Position numbers and translations under genes: made by a program. This document shows, piece after piece, positions 57,749-64,000 of a stretch of DNA of 64,000 nt. Where the stretch lies: the NCBI RefSeq assembly GCF_009914755.1, contig NC_060925.1, one strand, 5' to 3'. Origin of the DNA: the human T2T-CHM13v2.0 reference genome, Homo sapiens. The first letter of the stretch is position 1, and each line of letters begins with the position of its first letter. The notes beneath the pieces are model-generated. The model did not search any database, was not told the DNA's origin, and worked only from the letters and a program-made list of their open reading frames with translations.

Positions 57749-58108
57749 AGGAAATGACTGTTCTTTGGCAAATCCTTTGCACTCTCTGAGCATGCTGGAG
57801 AAAGGGCAGGCACGGAGAGGAAGGCAAGTTGTGTTTTCTAGAGCACCACCACAACCCCTGCAGGGAGGAAGAGTGGCATCCACATTTCACGTATGAGAAA
57901 ACTGAGGCCAGCAAAGGTAAGGAACTTGTCTACCCACACACAGAAGAAGAGCCAGTTCACATCATCTCTTGCTGGCTCATGCTCAGGTATTGAATGGCCC
58001 AGCAATTGTTAGGGTCTGCAGCAATTGTTAGGGTCAGCACGTGTGGCCCTCAGTGAATGCTGCAGGGTAAGGTGGAGGACACACATCTTCCCCAGCTCAC
58101 AGGCAGAA

Positions 58109-58410
<302 letters not shown>

Positions 58411-59099
58411 AAATTGCCTGTTCTGACACACGTGGCCCATTCTCATCTCTAATCCTGAGTCCAGAAGACCTTCTGGGTTTTGCTAATCTAGTTTAGACAG
58501 GAGACATTTTGAACTGCTTTTGAGAGGACAGATCTCTCTTATTGTCAATAGCTGGGCCTGGTAAATAGCAAGAATTGCTGCCCTACCTGGGAGTGGAGGC
58601 TATTAAAATGCAAGGTTGGTGACAATACTACATAAAAGATTCAGGAGAGCCAGGGTGAAATCCCAGTCTCTCAGGGCCCCAGTTTTCCCAAATGTCAGAC
58701 AAAATCTCAGGGGCTTCAGTGGCTACCTTCCCTATCTCCTTGGCTCTGTGACCACCTTCCTGGGAGGGTCTGACGCCTTCACACTCCTATTCAGAGCCTG
58801 TGTTTCCCCACTGGGGATCAGAAGTCTAGACAGCTGCCGCGGATGTGGAAACTTCCCTCCCAGATACTGTGGCCAAATGTCGCCCTGCTATCGCCCCCAG
58901 GCCAGAAAATGTCATTTTGGACTTTGTCTAGGAGAAAAAGCCATAATAACAATTTGGGAATGTCAACTAAAGAATAAAAGTAAGTTTTTAAATAATTAAA
59001 GTTAGTGTCACTTAGAAGTCTTATTGAGGACCATCGACCAAGGCCTATGGCCCGGGAGGAGCTCTTTAGAAGGTTCTATCAGACGCTTTGAATGTAGTA

Positions 59100-59398
<299 letters not shown>

Positions 59399-60219
59399 TG
59401 AATGTAGTATTTTAGTTTAGAGTTTAGATATAGGTGGTGAAGCTTCAGTATGCGTAAAATTATATCTAAGTTTGTATGTAAGAGTGTATCTGGTTATAGT
59501 TTATAGAAGCATGATCATTAACCCCAACTGACATTATCTTATATGGAGATATATCTAGAGTCACTTATTTTTTTAGGGAATATAGTGACTCTGGCAAGGG
59601 ACGTGGGGAGCTGTGTTTTTTGTTTTGACAGCTATATGCTGTCACAGTTAGGGTTTTGTGAAATTATGCTGGCAAGGGAAAGGAGCAAACATGGCTTCTT
59701 ATGTTTGCTACTTTGTCTCGCAGCACAGGAATAATTTATCATAATATTACTGAAATATGTACAAACCATGCTTATGAGCAGGGGAGGTAAAAGGGCAGAG
59801 CGAATGACGGGGTGCCCCCTGTGTTTCTTCCTGTGGCTCCTGCCCAGAGACATCCCGAGGGGCCAGCCACGCCTCTCCAGCCGCTGACATCACAGTGACT
59901 CGGACCCTCTGTGTCCTTGGGCAGTTATGTTTCCTCTTTTGTATCTCAGTCTCCTCATTTAAAAAAGGGGTTGCAGGTGGGACTAAAACATCTCCAGAGA
60001 CACCAGCTGCATTCTGCAGGCTCAGGGGTGAAAGGTCTATAGGCTGATAGCTCGGGGCTCTACTGCAGTTGAGCCTCGCTCACTGCTAAGCTAAGGGAAG
60101 GGGATTTTTCTCTTGAAGTGAGGAGCTCCCCAAAGGCGAGGAGCTCTCCCTCCTACTCCCACTCCCACGGACTGGCGCACACGAAGCGGGTAGGGCTTTT
60201 GTATCCAGTATCTCTCTGC

Positions 60220-61130
60220 TCTCCAGAGCGCCATCAGCGTCCAGAAGGGCCCCGCCCGGTTTCAGGATCTCTTCCTCTAGTGACTCCCACTCCACACCTT
60301 CCCGGGGCCGAAGACGCCCGGAGCGGGAGTGAGGCCGGGCCGGCTGGGCCGGCGGAGAAGCCGGAGGGCCGGGAACCGGCGGCGGCGCTAGTTCCGCAGC
60401 AGCCGGTACCCCTTGGGCGCCCACAGCAGTCGCGGGCGGCGGATCTCGGCCCGCGGGCCGATGTCCGGGCTCCAGCAGAACTCGGGCGACAGCACCTTGG
60501 CGGGCTTGTGCAGCCAGAAGAACTTGTTGAGGTGGCTCTCGTCGTGCCAGCGCGCCTCCAGGCCGCGCGCGCGGTCCCAGTCCAGGCCCCCCGCACAGTG
60601 CGCCGTCAGCCCGCGCAGCGCCGCCACGCTGCCCCCGAACACCGCCGCGTGGTTATAGAAGTCGCCCTGGCCCCACGCCATCGCGGCGGCCGAATGCGCG
60701 TCGCGTTCGAAGGGCAGCAGCCACGACGGCCAGTGGTAGTGCCAGGAGTGCAGCTGCGCCACCGACTCGGCCAGCGCCTCGGGCCCAAAAGTGCCGCTGA
60801 AGTGCTGGTCCACGTCCATGCAGAACATGAAGTGCGCCTCGCGGCCCGGCAGCCCGCCCAGCGCCGCGTGCAACGTGCGCATGCGCGCCATCGACACGTC
60901 TTGCCAGCGCCGCTCGCGCGCCACGCGCTCCACGGGCAGCCGGCGTCCCGGGCCCAGCGCCACGCGGGGCACCGCTCCCGGAAGCTCGGTGAACACGTAG
61001 TACATCACGCTCTGGCCCGCCATGAAGTGCTGCTCCGCCGTCTCCAGGAAGCGCTCCAGGTACTTCTCCAGGTATCTAAGGGCGCGGCGCCACCGTCAGC
61101 CTGAGAGTGAAGCGAGGCGGGCCCGGCCTC
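60220..61130. promoter_or_regulatory. CpG island over the A3GALT2 terminal exon
   Basis: Dense CpG extending past the stop codon. Confidence 0.75.
60388..61075 (-). CDS. A3GALT2: A3GALT2 last coding exon (alpha-1,3-galactosyltransferase 2 / iGb3 synthase, GT6 catalytic domain); upstream exons lie beyond the window; activity in human doubtful
   Basis: Acceptor cttag|ATAC at 61075; [20 protein letters not shown]..., [15 protein letters not shown] (DXD), [16 protein letters not shown] motifs of the ABO/GGTA1 family; TAG at 60388-60390. Confidence 0.93.
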
Positions 61131-61670
61131 CCCACCTCATCTCACCTCTACTCCCACCCCACCCTCACCCCCACTCCCACCCCACCCTCACCCCCACTCC
61201 CACCCCACCCTCACCCCCACCTCATCCCACCCCTCCCAACCCTCACCCCCACCTCACACCACCCAATCCTCACCCCCACCCCACACCACCCAACCGTCAT
61301 CCCCATCTCACCCTACCCCAACCTCACTCCATCCCCACCTCACCCCACTCCCACCTCCCCCCCACCCCCACCCCACCCAACCTTCACCCCCACCTCAACC
61401 CACCCACCCCAACCCTCACCCCCACCCCAACCTCACCCCACCCCAACCTTATCCCTACCCCCACCTCAGCGCGCCTAACCCAAGCTCACCCCCACCTCAC
61501 CCCCACTGCTGCCCCACCCAGCCTTCACCCCCTTCTCACCCCACCCAACCCTCACCCCCACCTCAACCTCACCCCACCCCCACCCCAACCTCACTTCACC
61601 CCACCTCACCCCTACCCCACCCCAACCTCACCCACCTCACCCCCACCGCAACCTTACCCCCACCCCACCA
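61130..61670. repeat. C-rich degenerate tandem repeat (CCCCACCT/CCCCAA-like units)
   Basis: About 540 bp almost free of G on the + strand. Confidence 0.9.
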
Positions 61671-62022
61671 GTGCTGCCTGGTCCTCCCCACACCCGGCCT
61701 TGGAACTCCGGACCCTCTAGCCCTAGCATCTTTCAACTTAGATGGGGCAGGGCAGGTTGGACTGAAGATGCTTGCAAATTGCCTGCCACTCCTGCCTCAT
61801 ACTGGCCCTTTGGACGACTGGCAGCGTTTCTCTCTTTAGAGCTCTAAGCCTCCATATAAGAAGTCCCAGAACTTGGGTGCTGCCATGAGTGAGGAAGCCT
61901 AAGCTGGCCCCCACCAGTCTTCAGCAGTTGGTCTCCCAGCTGAGACGCAGACATTTGAGAGCATGAGAAGAGGAGCCCTTCCTGCTGAGCCCTGTCTGAA
62001 TTACTGACACACAGAATTATTA

Positions 62023-62310
<288 letters not shown>

Positions 62311-62354
62311 CCTCCACAGAATTATTATTATTATTTTTTTGTCATGTCAAAGTT

Positions 62355-62355
<1 letters not shown>

Positions 62356-62387
<32 letters not shown>

Positions 62388-63988
62388 TATTTATTGATCA
62401 TTCTTGGGTGTTTCTCAGAGAGGGGGATTTGGCAGGGTCATAGGACAATAGTGGAGGGAAGGTCAGCAGATAAACATGTGAACAAGGGTCTCTGGTTTTC
62501 CTAGGCAGAGGACCCTGCGGCCTTCTGCACTGTTTGTGTCCCTGGGTACTTGAGATTAGGGAGCGGTGATGACTCTTAACGAGCATGCTGCCTTCAAGCA
62601 TCTGTTTAACAAAGCACATCTTGCACCGCCCTTAATCCATTTAACCCTGAGTGGACACAGCACATGTTTCAGAGAGCACGGGGTTGGGGGTAAGGTTATA
62701 GATTAACAGCATCCCAAGGCAGAAGAATTTTTCTTAGTACAGAACAAAATGGAGTATCCTATGTCTACTTCTTTCTACACAGACACAGTAACAATCTGAT
62801 TTCTCTTTCTTTTCCCCACATTTCCCCCTTTTCTATTCGACAAAACCACCACCATCATCATGGCCTGTTCTCAATGAGCTGTTGGGTACACCTCCCAGAC
62901 GGGGTGGCGGCCAGGCAGAGGGGCTCCTCACTTCCCAGACGGGGTGGCTGGGCAGAGGCGCCCCCCCACCTCCCAGACGGGGGGCTGGCCGGGCGGGGGC
63001 TGCCCCCCACCTCCCTCCCGGACGGGGCGGCTGGCCAGGCGGGGGCTGTCCCCCACGTCCCTCCCGGATGGGGCGGCTGGCCGGGCGGGGGCTGCCCCCC
63101 ACCTCCTGGATGGGGCGGCTGCTGGGTGGAGACGCTCCTCACTTCCCAGGTGGGGCGGCTGCCGGGCGGAGGGGCTCCTCACTTCTCAGACGGGGCGGCC
63201 GGGCAGAGACACTCCTCACCTCCCAGACGGGGTGGCGGTCGGGCAGAGACGCTCCTCAGTTCCCAGACGGGGGTCACGGCCAGGCAGAGGCACTCCTCAC
63301 ATCCCAGAAAGGGCGGCGGGGCAGAGGCGCTCCCCACATCTCAGACGATGGGCAGCCGGGCAGAGACGCTCCTCACTTCCTAGACGGGATGGCGGCCGGG
63401 AAGAGGCGCTCCTCACTTCCCAGACTGGGCGGCCGGGCAGAGGGGCTCCTCACATCCCAGACGATGGACGGCCAGGCAGAGACGCTCCTCACTTCCCAGA
63501 TGGGGAGGCGGCCGGGCAGAGGCTGCAATCTCGGCACTTTGGTAGGCCAAGGCAGGCAGCTGGTAGGTGGAGGTTGTAGCGAACTGAGATCACGCCACTG
63601 CACTCCAGCCTGGGCAACATTGAGCACTGAGTGAGCGAGACTCCGTCTGCAATCCCGGCACCTCGGGAGGCCGAGGCGGGCAGATCACTCGCAGTCAGGA
63701 GCTGGAGACCAGCCCGGCCAACACGGCGAAACTCCGACTCCACCAAAAAATACAAAAACCAGTCAGGCATGGCGGCGCGCGCCTGCAATCCCAGGCACTC
63801 GGCAGGCTGAGGCAGGAGAATCAGTCAGGGAGGTTGCAGTGAGCCGAGATGGCGGCAGTACAGTCCAGCCTCGGCTCGGCATCAGAGGGAGACCGTGGAG
63901 AGAGAGGGAGAGGGAGAGGGAGACCGGGGAGAGGGAGACCGGGGAGAGGGAGACCAGGGAGAGGAAGACCGGGGAGAGGGAGAGGGGA
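62356..63988 (-). mobile_element. Near full-length SVA retrotransposon
   Basis: polyT 62356-62385, SINE-R (~62390-62880), GC-rich VNTR (~62885-63520), Alu-like domain (~63520-63890), (GGGAGA)n hexamer head. Confidence 0.97.
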
Positions 63989-64000
63989 ATTATTTTATGA

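Noticed and set aside
60118-61104. 328-aa + strand ORF
   Set aside because: Antisense shadow of the GC-rich A3GALT2 exon
61022-61720. 232-aa Pro/His/Thr-rich ORF
   Set aside because: Translation of the C-rich tandem repeat
62833-63788. Several ORFs up to 250 aa
   Set aside because: SVA VNTR and Alu-like domain

Overview
Primate (almost certainly human, 1p35 region) genomic DNA, not prokaryotic. It contains the complete ZNF362 gene on the + strand: CpG-island promoter and non-coding exon 1 near 10 kb, eight coding exons from 24173 to 52662 that splice with consistent phases into a 420-aa protein with six C2H2 fingers, and a 3'UTR to about 54340. The last coding exon of the convergent A3GALT2 (iGb3 synthase, GT6 family) lies on the - strand at 60388-61075. 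The rest is Alu, L1, L2, MIR, MaLR-LTR, MER DNA-transposon and SVA sequence. The most notable unexplained structure surrounds ZNF362 exons 7-8. A non-Alu 88-bp inverted repeat (84/88 identical) brackets these exons. Its downstream arm is a templated insertion that splits a MER20 and carries its own competing fold-back copy. The 238-nt exon 7+8 circle this would favour has an AUG and no stop codon in any frame. Also notable: the first coding exon of ZNF362 appears to be exonised L2/MIR sequence. Repeat subfamily names are by-eye calls and repeat boundaries are approximate.
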